A stretch of DNA of 20,000 bases from an uncultured virus (IMG/VR IMGVR_UViG_3300025057_000006). Its lineage: Duplodnaviria; Heunggongvirae; Uroviricota; Caudoviricetes. The translations under genes and the position numbers were made by a program. Under the pieces are notes generated by a model. That model did not search any database. It worked only from the letters and a program-made list of their open reading frames with translations, and was not told the DNA's origin. Below are positions 1 to 6,916 of this stretch, piece after piece (the stretch's first letter is position 1; each line of letters starts with the position of its first letter). The DNA lies in the IMG/VR virus record IMGVR_UViG_3300025057_000006, one strand, 5' to 3'.

Positions 1-64
1 ATTTAGTTTAGCAACCATTGACGGTTTTGTATATTGCGTATAGTTTAACAGCTAAAATCAGCGA

Positions 65-421
65 ATGAAAAATAGTGATTTACCGGACTTTCCTTGCACT
101 GGTTGCAGCCAATGTTGCAAACACATTGGTAAAGTACTCAACAGTAATTTCGATCCCAGCACACCAATTGGAGCATTGGTCAAAGAATTTCCATATAAAC
201 CAAACGAGAATGGCGATTGTGAAATGTTGGTTGACGGCAAGTGTTCTGTCTACGAAAACAGACCCATGTTGTGCAATATTAAAAAAATGACTGAGGTTTT
301 TTACAGCGACGACCCCATAGGTCATTACATTGATTGTGCCTATGTTTGCAATGCGTTAATTAAATACGCAGGACTTGCCCCTGGATATATGATTAACATT
401 GAAGAATTAGAAAAATTGTAG
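65..421 (+). CDS. YkgJ-family (CxxCxxCC) putative zinc/Fe-S cluster protein
   Basis: FPCTGCSQCC near the N-terminus, then C-x6-C-SVYENRP-x2-C, the pattern of the YkgJ/flagellin N-methylase-like family. Confidence 0.8.
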   Translation: MKNSDLPDFPCTGCSQCCKHIGKVLNSNFDPSTPIGALVKEFPYKPNENGDCEMLVDGKCSVYENRPMLCNIKKMTEVFYSDDPIGHYIDCAYVCNALIKYAGLAPGYMINIEELEKL

Positions 422-425
422 CATC

Positions 426-521
426 ATGGACAATTTTGAATATGCAATTGCCTCAATCCTTGGCGCTATGCTAGTAGTAGTTTCCCTAGACCTTTACATT
501 TTTATTCACACTTTTAAATGA
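426..521 (+). CDS. small hydrophobic protein (31 aa), not in ORF track
   Basis: Hand translation MDNFEYAIASILGAMLVVVSLDLYIFIHTFK; one TM-like segment; fills the gap; ATGA overlap with the next gene at 518-521. Confidence 0.55.
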   Translation: MDNFEYAIASILGAMLVVVSLDLYIFIHTFK

Positions 522-760
522 ACAAGTTTGTGTTGACGATTCAGGGTTACGCCAGCTGTTTTGGTTGGATTTTTTCTGAAATCTGGAAAGCAATTTTGGA
601 AAAATCCCCAGATTTAAAATTTTGGAAACCTCCAACTCACCCCGACGACTTCCTTTGGTATGCCGAGAGGGTTAATGGTAGGTTGGCAATGCTTGTACTC
701 ACCTTTATCCTTGCTTCGAAGTACATTAATTTAATTTATTCTGCTCATCATGTCCACTAA
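518..760 (+). CDS. hli: high-light-inducible protein (HLIP)-like
   Basis: WYAERVNGRLAML followed by a hydrophobic helix matches the chlorophyll-binding ExxNGRxAM motif of HLIPs. Confidence 0.75.
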   Translation: MNKFVLTIQGYASCFGWIFSEIWKAILEKSPDLKFWKPPTHPDDFLWYAERVNGRLAMLVLTFILASKYINLIYSAHHVH

Positions 761-911
761 TTTAACGAGGTTTTATTACGATATCGACGAAGATTGCCGC
801 ACTGGTTGCCTGAACGGCAAAGCTTTTGACGATATTGAAACAATAGAAGCTGATGCTTTTGAGGAAGAGTTAAAATCCAAAGACATTGAGTATTTGCGAA
901 TTGATTTGTAA
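750..911 (+). CDS. small acidic hypothetical protein (53 aa), not in ORF track
   Basis: Hand translation MSTNLTRFYYDIDEDCRTGCLNGKAFDDIETIEADAFEEELKSKDIEYLRIDL; TAATG coupling to the gene at 911. Confidence 0.65.
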   Translation: MSTNLTRFYYDIDEDCRTGCLNGKAFDDIETIEADAFEEELKSKDIEYLRIDL

Positions 912-1645
912 TGTCACAACCAATTGAAATGATTGGCACCATGATCCTCAATGGTGCTGATGATTTACTTCAGCAATTTACCTCAATTGATTATCCAGTT
1001 AAACGTTATTTTATTCTTGATAATTCGCAAGGCGATCCAGAAGTTTTAAAGGCAATTAATAGTTTGCCTAAAAGTGGCGACAAATACATACAAGAAATAA
1101 AAGTCGTCCACAATGTTACAAATGTGGGTTTTTCTGGATCAGTCAACCAGATTATCAAACAAAACATTGACTGCCCATATTGGTGCATCATGTCTGTTGA
1201 TTGGCATCCAAAACCAAACCAACTAAAAAAATTAGCAAAACGTTTGGAGAGTCCTTTTATTGGTATCCTTTGTGACGAAACACAAAATGGATACTCTTCT
1301 ATGGTGTTTACCCCAGAGCTTTTATATGAAGTTGGTTATCTAGATGAAAACTTTTTCCCTGCTTATTACGAAGATAACGACCATCGTTATCGAATGGAAT
1401 TAGCTGATTTGGAATGGGAGTATGTACCTTTGAAATATAACCATAAGGTTAGCTCAACACTTAAAAGTAGAAATGATTTTCAAAAGAAAAACCAAAAAAC
1501 TTTTTCAGAAAATGGACGTTATTACATAGCCAAGTGGGGAGGACTTCCTGGACAAGAGCAGTATGAGACACCATTTAACATGGACTTGCCTATTGATTAT
1601 TGGCTGTATGATCCTGTACGTAGCCAACGCCAACGATGGACTTAA
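911..1645 (+). CDS. glycosyltransferase, GT2/GT-A-like
   Basis: YFILDNS, NVGFSGSVN and VGYLDENFFPAYYEDND are typical GT2 segments; lies next to nucleotide-sugar genes. Confidence 0.8.
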   Translation: MSQPIEMIGTMILNGADDLLQQFTSIDYPVKRYFILDNSQGDPEVLKAINSLPKSGDKYIQEIKVVHNVTNVGFSGSVNQIIKQNIDCPYWCIMSVDWHPKPNQLKKLAKRLESPFIGILCDETQNGYSSMVFTPELLYEVGYLDENFFPAYYEDNDHRYRMELADLEWEYVPLKYNHKVSSTLKSRNDFQKKNQKTFSENGRYYIAKWGGLPGQEQYETPFNMDLPIDYWLYDPVRSQRQRWT

Positions 1646-2502
1646 GTCTGTACGGAGGAACCGGAATTATTGGGTCATATTTCCGCGAATTATTTCCATC
1701 GCTTTTAATACCAAGGGATCAACTAAATCCTGAAAGTAAGCGTGTCCTGTACCTAATTAGTACAACGGACAATGCTACATTCAAAGAAAATCCCCTTATT
1801 GATGTCAATACAAATTTAGTTGAGTTAATGCGTCGGCTCGATGCATGTCGCGAAGCCGGTGTTAAGGAATTTAATTTTGTTAGCAGTTGGTTTGTGTATG
1901 GACCAAACTACCGGCAACCTCATGAGTATGTCGACTGCAAGCCCCGTGGTTTTTATTCGATTACTAAGTACACTGCCGAGCAGCTGGTCAAGGAATACTG
2001 CGAAGAATTTGGTATTGGTTATCGCATTCTCAGGTTAGGCAATGTGTACGGAGGGCCTGACCCTGGTACGAACAAACGCAATGCACTGCATTTTTTAATC
2101 AGTCGCCTGAAGAAAAAGGAGTCTGTCCGTGTTTTTAACTACATTACACGAGACTTTATTCACATTTTAGATGCGTGTCGTGCCATGGCCCTTGTTGGTG
2201 GGCTTGGCGAATTGAATGCTACGTACAATATTGGCACAGGCAAAGCAACAGAATTATTCAAGGCAGTTGATTATGCCAATGAATTACTTGGAAATCCTGC
2301 ATCAATCTTTCGTGTAGACCCTCCGAGTAACTACAATCAAGCCATACGTTTTAGCCTTGATTGTGGACTGTTGAACAATCTTGGTTTTGAACCTATATTT
2401 AATGTCTATCAAGGGTTAGAAGATCTATGTCTACATCGAAAGTTTTGTACTCCGGACCGTACTTTGATGGAGAAGAAATTAAAGCAGCAATCAAAACCCT
2501 AG
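1636..2502 (+). CDS. NAD-dependent epimerase/dehydratase (extended SDR)
   Basis: GGTGIIG Rossmann motif, SSWFVYG, catalytic YSITK (YxxxK), RLGNVYG, RDFIHILD. Confidence 0.9.
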   Translation: MDLSLYGGTGIIGSYFRELFPSLLIPRDQLNPESKRVLYLISTTDNATFKENPLIDVNTNLVELMRRLDACREAGVKEFNFVSSWFVYGPNYRQPHEYVDCKPRGFYSITKYTAEQLVKEYCEEFGIGYRILRLGNVYGGPDPGTNKRNALHFLISRLKKKESVRVFNYITRDFIHILDACRAMALVGGLGELNATYNIGTGKATELFKAVDYANELLGNPASIFRVDPPSNYNQAIRFSLDCGLLNNLGFEPIFNVYQGLEDLCLHRKFCTPDRTLMEKKLKQQSKP

Positions 2503-3683
2503 AAGAAGGTAAGTGGTTTCCAGCTGGCAGACAGGTTGATCGATTTGAGCGTGCGTTTTCCAAACAATTTGGATTCGAGTCATCGTTAATGGTGAACAGC
2601 GGCAGTTCCGCAAACTTGGTAATGATCGCTGCCCTGAAGAAATATTTTGAATGGCCGGATGGCGCCGAGATTATTGTCAGTGTTGTTGGCTTTCCAACTA
2701 CAATTAATCCCATCATTCAAAATGGTTTGACCCCCAAGTTTGTCGACATCACCTGGGACGACCTAAACTGGGACCTCTCGCAAGTAGAAGATGCCATCAC
2801 GGATAAAACAGTTGCAGTTTTTAGTAGCCCTGTTTTGGGTAATTGTTACGACCTGGATCGTCTACTCGATATCTGTGAAAGGCATTCACTGAAGTACATT
2901 GCAGATAATTGTGATTCCCTTGGCTCCAAGTGGGAGGGCGAGTATCTGACCGAGCATGCTGTAGCAGCTTCTTGTTCTTTTTATCCAGCGCACCACATCA
3001 CCACACTTGAGGGTGGCATGGTGTCTTCTAATTTACCTGGATTAACCACATTGGCAAGGCAGTTTGCCTGGTGGGGACGCGATTGTTATTGCGTAGGGGA
3101 ATGCAACATGTTGGCTAATGGCTCATGCGGCAAACGCTTTGATACATGGCTTCCAGATTATGATGTTGTTGTAGATCATAAATATGTATTTAGTCAAATT
3201 GGCTACAACTTAAAGCCCCTTGATTTACAAGGCGCTGTTGGTCTAGTGCAGCTAGAAAAGTTTAATGAAATCCACACAATTCGGCGTCTTAACTATCAAA
3301 CAATTGTAAATTATTTTCAGGATTATCCACTTGAATTAAGAATTATTGGTGAAAAACTTCAAGCTGAAACATCTTGGTTTGGCGTCCCAATTGTTTGCGA
3401 CAATCCAAAAGTCAAGCAAGCACTTCAACAGCATTTGGAAACAAATGGTGTGCAGACGCGTAATTATTTTGCTGGTAATTTATTACTCCATCCAGCTTAC
3501 GCTCATCTTGGCAACGCCAAAGATTATCCAAATGCTTACGATGTACTCAAGCGAGTCTTCTTCTTGGGTACATCTCCAGCTCTTACATATGATGACCTTT
3601 GTTATGTAGGGGAAACCATACATTCTTTTGCAGCAAATACACCAATTGCATGTGATGGTTATTCTTGGCGCTTTAGTTTATAG
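2427..3683 (+). CDS. rfbH: DegT/DnrJ-superfamily enzyme of the RfbH/DdhC type (CDP-4-keto-6-deoxyglucose 3-dehydrase-like)
   Basis: VNSGSSANL, DNCDSLGS, SFYPAHHITTLEGG (His in place of the Schiff-base Lys) and WGRDCYC-x-Cys cluster typical of the [2Fe-2S] E1 dehydrase. Confidence 0.85.
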   Translation: MSTSKVLYSGPYFDGEEIKAAIKTLEEGKWFPAGRQVDRFERAFSKQFGFESSLMVNSGSSANLVMIAALKKYFEWPDGAEIIVSVVGFPTTINPIIQNGLTPKFVDITWDDLNWDLSQVEDAITDKTVAVFSSPVLGNCYDLDRLLDICERHSLKYIADNCDSLGSKWEGEYLTEHAVAASCSFYPAHHITTLEGGMVSSNLPGLTTLARQFAWWGRDCYCVGECNMLANGSCGKRFDTWLPDYDVVVDHKYVFSQIGYNLKPLDLQGAVGLVQLEKFNEIHTIRRLNYQTIVNYFQDYPLELRIIGEKLQAETSWFGVPIVCDNPKVKQALQQHLETNGVQTRNYFAGNLLLHPAYAHLGNAKDYPNAYDVLKRVFFLGTSPALTYDDLCYVGETIHSFAANTPIACDGYSWRFSL

Positions 3684-3752
3684 TTAATTAAGACGTTAAG
3701 TAAACACATGTTATTAATTGGCCCTATAGTTAGAAAACCCAAGGAATCTGAA

Positions 3753-3965
3753 ATGTCTCTTTCCACCCAGGTAAAAGAATCTCTCGAGCAAGCAGCAAGT
3801 TGTTTGCGTGATGCGCTTGCATTTTCTGCACGTATTGAACACCCTCTAACTATCAATACAATTTCTGATATTTTGTGCCGACTTGAATCTCTGGAGCATG
3901 TCGACGAATTGATGTCGCAGTTTGGAGGAAAGAATGAAGGAACGTCGCGGCCCAACAGAGGATGA
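3753..3965 (+). CDS. hypothetical phage protein
   Basis: ORF track gives 3708; ATG 3753 preferred because AAGGA lies at 3741-3745. MSLSTQVKESLEQA...LRDALAFSAR resembles a conserved cyanophage hypothetical (from memory). Confidence 0.65.
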   Translation: MSLSTQVKESLEQAASCLRDALAFSARIEHPLTINTISDILCRLESLEHVDELMSQFGGKNEGTSRPNRG

Positions 3966-4101
3966 ACGCCTCGAAAAATACTTTGAAGATTTAAGGCGTT
4001 GGTTTCCAAACCCACCTGCTAATTGGCGTGAAAACGCTAAACCATGTAGGTGGGCTAAAATATTAAAAGAACGAAATAATAATCCTGATGCCACAGGATG
4101 A
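3934..4101 (+). CDS. small hypothetical protein (55 aa), not in ORF track
   Basis: Hand translation MKERRGPTEDERLEKYFEDLRRWFPNPPANWRENAKPCRWAKILKERNNNPDATG; GGAGGA just upstream; fills the gap. Confidence 0.6.
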   Translation: MKERRGPTEDERLEKYFEDLRRWFPNPPANWRENAKPCRWAKILKERNNNPDATG

Positions 4102-4372
4102 TAGTAAATATTCCAAGCCAGAGTTACGCGAGAGCATTAAAGATCGCGTGATGGCTGGTTCTAAGGGCGGTAAGCCAGGCCAGTGGAGCGCACGCAAGGC
4201 TCAGCTTGTTGCACAAGAATATGAGAAAGCAGGTGGGGGATATAAGGGTGGGAAGGGAGAAAAGCAGAAGTCTCTGGAGAAGTGGGGCAAAGAGAAGTGG
4301 ATGACCAAGGATGAATATGAAAAACGCGGTAAGGCTAAAGCTGCTGCCAAAAAGTACAAGGAGAGTAAGTGA
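4088..4372 (+). CDS. DUF5872-like protein, N-terminal half
   Basis: KYSKPELRESIKDRVMAGSKGGKPGQWSARKAQLVAQEYEKAGGGY is the recognisable DUF5872 signature. Confidence 0.8.
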   Translation: MPQDDSKYSKPELRESIKDRVMAGSKGGKPGQWSARKAQLVAQEYEKAGGGYKGGKGEKQKSLEKWGKEKWMTKDEYEKRGKAKAAAKKYKESK

Positions 4373-5277
4373 TGGAATTATTTCAACGGTTTTTAAATCA
4401 GGTTAATCAAGGTTATGGCCAGGTAGATAAGAATGTTTTTGGAGGATTTCTTCCTGGTGGAGCAGCAAGCCCAGCTTCTCCGATTAAAAAGAAAATACAA
4501 CAACAAACAGCAGTAACTGCCAAGACTCTTGCTGGTGGTTTAATGAATCAATTGCCAGACCGTGTTAATCTTTTTGGTCGTTATGTTACAGGAATTGGCA
4601 ATACTAATTTACAACTTGATCCTTCTACTTTAAGTGGTTTAAGAGCCGCTGCATCCCCTGATCCAATGGCAAGGGGGATGGTTCCAAACCCTTTTAAAGT
4701 TCCCGAGGAAATTTTAGTTGGGTTAGAAAGACAGCTTGAAACAGGAGATCAACGAAATTTAAACAGTCCGTTAGGAGACGAATTAAAACAAGTTGTTGCA
4801 GAAGGCAGAAAAAATAGAACAGCACCTGATTTTGTTTTAGGACCTGTCCCAGCTTATGGACCAGGACTTCCCAGGTCAGGCGCTTACCGACCGTATCAAA
4901 ATCAAAGTATTGGGAAAGAGGTGACAAATACATTAGGATCTTTTAATGCGGAAGTCGTTCCTGGAAAATCAATTCGTTTTATAGATCAATATGACATGAC
5001 CAATCCTGCGGAAGACCCTGATCTTGTATCAGGTAAATTTCAACCAATCAAAGCAATAGAAGAAATACAAAGCATTTGGAACCCAACAAAAGGTAGTTTA
5101 AATCGAAGCATTCCTCAATTTGCAAAAGATGAATTAGGTCAAGGAAAATATGGCGATATTCAAACAAGTTCGTCGTCTTCAACCGCTAGCCCTGCAACTG
5201 CAATTGGAAGAGCGTTACTTTATGCGATGCCCTGGAAACCAACTCCATATTCAGTAGATGTAACAGTTCCTTATTAA
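4372..5277 (+). CDS. hypothetical Gly/Pro/Gln-rich protein (~301 aa)
   Basis: Long ORF; ATG 4372 overlaps the upstream TGA (track start GTG 4369); no recognisable motif. Confidence 0.75.
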   Translation: MELFQRFLNQVNQGYGQVDKNVFGGFLPGGAASPASPIKKKIQQQTAVTAKTLAGGLMNQLPDRVNLFGRYVTGIGNTNLQLDPSTLSGLRAAASPDPMARGMVPNPFKVPEEILVGLERQLETGDQRNLNSPLGDELKQVVAEGRKNRTAPDFVLGPVPAYGPGLPRSGAYRPYQNQSIGKEVTNTLGSFNAEVVPGKSIRFIDQYDMTNPAEDPDLVSGKFQPIKAIEEIQSIWNPTKGSLNRSIPQFAKDELGQGKYGDIQTSSSSSTASPATAIGRALLYAMPWKPTPYSVDVTVPY

Positions 5278-5279
5278 CC

Positions 5280-5483
5280 ATGGCAGACAAGGCTATACAA
5301 AAGGGATATACCAAGCGTTACCTACCCGAAAAAGCTTGGGCCTCACTGTCAAAAGAAGAACGGCAGGAGACTGATCAAAAGAAAAGAACTGGTAGCCGCG
5401 AAGGTAAACAGTTCGTAGCAAACACTGAGAAGGCAAAGAAAGCAGGACGTGCTGCACGCCGTTATCGAGACAGTAAATCCTGA
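5280..5483 (+). CDS. basic protein resembling the C-terminal half of DUF5872-containing proteins
   Basis: TKRYLPEKAWASLSKEERQETDQKKRTGSREGKQFVANTEKAK resembles the segment that follows the DUF5872 core in full-length members (from memory). Confidence 0.7.
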   Translation: MADKAIQKGYTKRYLPEKAWASLSKEERQETDQKKRTGSREGKQFVANTEKAKKAGRAARRYRDSKS

Positions 5484-5492
5484 TATGCTGAC

Positions 5493-5611
5493 ACGTGGAG
5501 CAATACCGCTCTAGGGGTAATAGTCGAAACCCCTTCCACGTTACAAATACGTAGTGCTCACAAGAGCGCGGAAGGAAGCTATGATCCCGGCATGATACAC
5601 CGGGATTTTTT
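5493..5611 (+). ncRNA. candidate structured leader RNA or sRNA
   Basis: Three-way junction ACGUGG/CCACGU, AGC/GCU, AGGGGU/ACCCCU; hairpin GUGCUC-ACAA-GAGCGC; terminal hairpin plus U-run; extended -10-like TGaTATGCT at 5481-5489. Confidence 0.5.
5584..5611 (+). terminator. intrinsic terminator-like hairpin
   Basis: ATCCCGG-catgataca-CCGGGAT followed by a T run; directly abuts GTG 5612. Confidence 0.65.
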
Positions 5612-6286
5612 GTGACTACGCTTGTTGCCAACGTACCGCCTACCAAAGTTTGGGTCAGACGTGAGTACTTACGCGACTTGCGTGACGGCCATGGGGAATA
5701 CACACCTGGTTATTGGGTCACCTGTAAGTCACTTACTGGGCGTGCTTTGTACTTCGAGACCTATCTCACTGAGTACGGCGCACTGTATGACAAACTCCCC
5801 ATCAGTGCATTCCTTGCTTGGGATCCCGACCACCCTGACAAACCACAAGCACCCACACCAGACCTGGAGTTAACCGACCTGCAGTTCTGGAATGGATTCG
5901 ATCATGGTCTGACGATCATCGAAAAGAATCTGATCTTTAACATGCAGTTCCAAGTTATGACACGCACGCAAGGTGTGATGACGGGCACATACTTATTTAC
6001 AATTGACAACTATCATCCACATAGGAACGAACCGGACTTTTACTTTGCGGAATTTCCTGACGAGCACAAGTCGCACAACATTGTGGTTTTGGACAACGGT
6101 CAAATTGGCGCTTATCCCAACAATCGTTGTCGAATGGTTGATCCATCGCTCACCAACCATGAGTTAAAGACGCCAGACTTTAAGGTATCAACTCAATACT
6201 TTGATGTTGAGCACGCCCCCAAGTGGGGTCGCCTTGGTGAATGTGATGATTATTTTTGGAAGACTCCAAATGAAAGTGTAGAATAG
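5612..6286 (+). CDS. conserved hypothetical phage protein
   Basis: 224-aa ORF with GTG start; ANVPP-x3-WVRREYL, YLFTID, EHKSHN and GQIGAYPNNR resemble a widespread aquatic-phage family of unknown function. Confidence 0.8.
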   Translation: MTTLVANVPPTKVWVRREYLRDLRDGHGEYTPGYWVTCKSLTGRALYFETYLTEYGALYDKLPISAFLAWDPDHPDKPQAPTPDLELTDLQFWNGFDHGLTIIEKNLIFNMQFQVMTRTQGVMTGTYLFTIDNYHPHRNEPDFYFAEFPDEHKSHNIVVLDNGQIGAYPNNRCRMVDPSLTNHELKTPDFKVSTQYFDVEHAPKWGRLGECDDYFWKTPNESVE

Positions 6287-6291
6287 ATAAG

Positions 6292-6374
6292 ATAGAGGTG
6301 CAGTCCCTGTCTGGATACGCCTGGTTAACTCACAGCCCGATTGTCGGTACGCCAGTCACACTGCATCCATCTAT
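6292..6374 (+). ncRNA. candidate structured RNA 1 of the RNA cassette
   Basis: Ends pair (AUAGA-GGUGCAGU with ACUGCAUC-ca-UCUAU); internal CCGA-UUG-UCGG hairpin; TAGAAT -10-like box at 6279-6284. Confidence 0.45.
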
Positions 6375-6375
6375 A

Positions 6376-6445
6376 CGGTCGGTAGTCTATTGGTAAGGAC
6401 AGGCAGACAATGCACGGAAAGCTGGTTCGATTCCAGTACGACCGA
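6376..6445 (+). tRNA. tRNA-like element / pseudo-tRNA with aberrant anticodon arm
   Basis: Acceptor CGGUCG/CGACCG plus A; U8A9; D arm GUCU-AUUGGUAA-GGAC; T arm GCUGG-UUCGAUU-CCAGU; only 20 nt between D and T arms, folding as GCA-GACAA-UGC. Confidence 0.7.
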
Positions 6446-6446
6446 T

Positions 6447-6533
6447 AGGGTACGACAAGGAACGTCGTATTAAACGAAGAGTCCCCTCGGCTGCATCGTA
6501 GATGATCGTAGGCAGACACTCTCGCCCTCCCTT
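6447..6533 (+). ncRNA. candidate structured RNA 2 of the RNA cassette
   Basis: Hairpin UACGAC-AAGGAAC-GUCGUA, linker UUAAAC, stems AGAGU/ACUCU, CUGC/GCAG, CAUC/GAUG, closing AGGG/CCCU. Confidence 0.45.
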
Positions 6534-6534
6534 C

Positions 6535-6608
6535 CGGGGATTAGCGCAGTTTGGTAGCGCATCTGCTTTGGGAGCAGAGGGTCGCAGGTTCAAATCCTGC
6601 ATCTCCGA
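6535..6608 (+). tRNA. trnP: tRNA-Pro (UGG)
   Basis: Full cloverleaf: CGGGGAU/AUCUCCG, D stem GCGC/GCGC, anticodon arm UCUGC-UUUGGGA-GCAGA, T arm GCAGG-UUCAAAU-CCUGC, discriminator A; CCA not encoded. Confidence 0.97.
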
Positions 6609-6661
6609 TATCAACAATTTCAATAAAAGCGTTATATTAATTGCACGAATAAAAACTATGA

Positions 6662-6916
6662 ATGCCCTGGAGAGATTCCAAGGAACGCATCAATAAGAAT
6701 CGACAGAAGCTTCTGGAGTACAAGAAAACTCTGCAGTGCGAGAAGTGTGGGTTGGATGATCACCGTGTTTTAGAATTTCACCACGTAAGTGACAAGGATA
6801 ACAATATTTCATCCATGGTGAACCACGGCTATGCCTGGAGCAGAGTGGAGGATGAGATCAGTAAATGTATTCCGTTATGTTGCAACTGCCACAGGCTTGA
6901 GCACTGGGTTAATTAA
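6662..6916 (+). CDS. small HNH endonuclease-like protein
   Basis: CEKC ... LEFHH ... LCCNCHRLEH is a zinc-bound HNH pattern. Confidence 0.8.
   Translation: MPWRDSKERINKNRQKLLEYKKTLQCEKCGLDDHRVLEFHHVSDKDNNISSMVNHGYAWSRVEDEISKCIPLCCNCHRLEHWVN

Noticed and set aside
18..44. Canonical sigma70 promoter TTGACG...TATAGT
   Set aside because: Spacer is only 15 nt; kept only as a possible -10 element.
4372..5277. Group I/II intron, intein or homing endonuclease interrupting the DUF5872-like gene
   Set aside because: No LAGLIDADG, GIY-YIG, HNH or RT motif, no non-coding flanks for an intron core, and both halves have their own start and stop.
5513..5534. Hammerhead ribozyme (AGGGGUA...GAAACCCCU resembles stem III)
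   Set aside because: No CUGANGA core and no room for stems I and II between the strands.
6292..6533. Assignment to tmRNA, Y RNA or the cyanophage manA/wcaG RNA motifs
   Set aside because: No tag reading frame or G3-U70 acceptor for tmRNA, and I could not match the others from sequence alone; needs an Rfam search.
6325..6696. ORFs 6325-6519, 6387-6623 and 6502-6696
   Set aside because: They overlap the tRNA and tRNA-like elements and are best explained as spurious.
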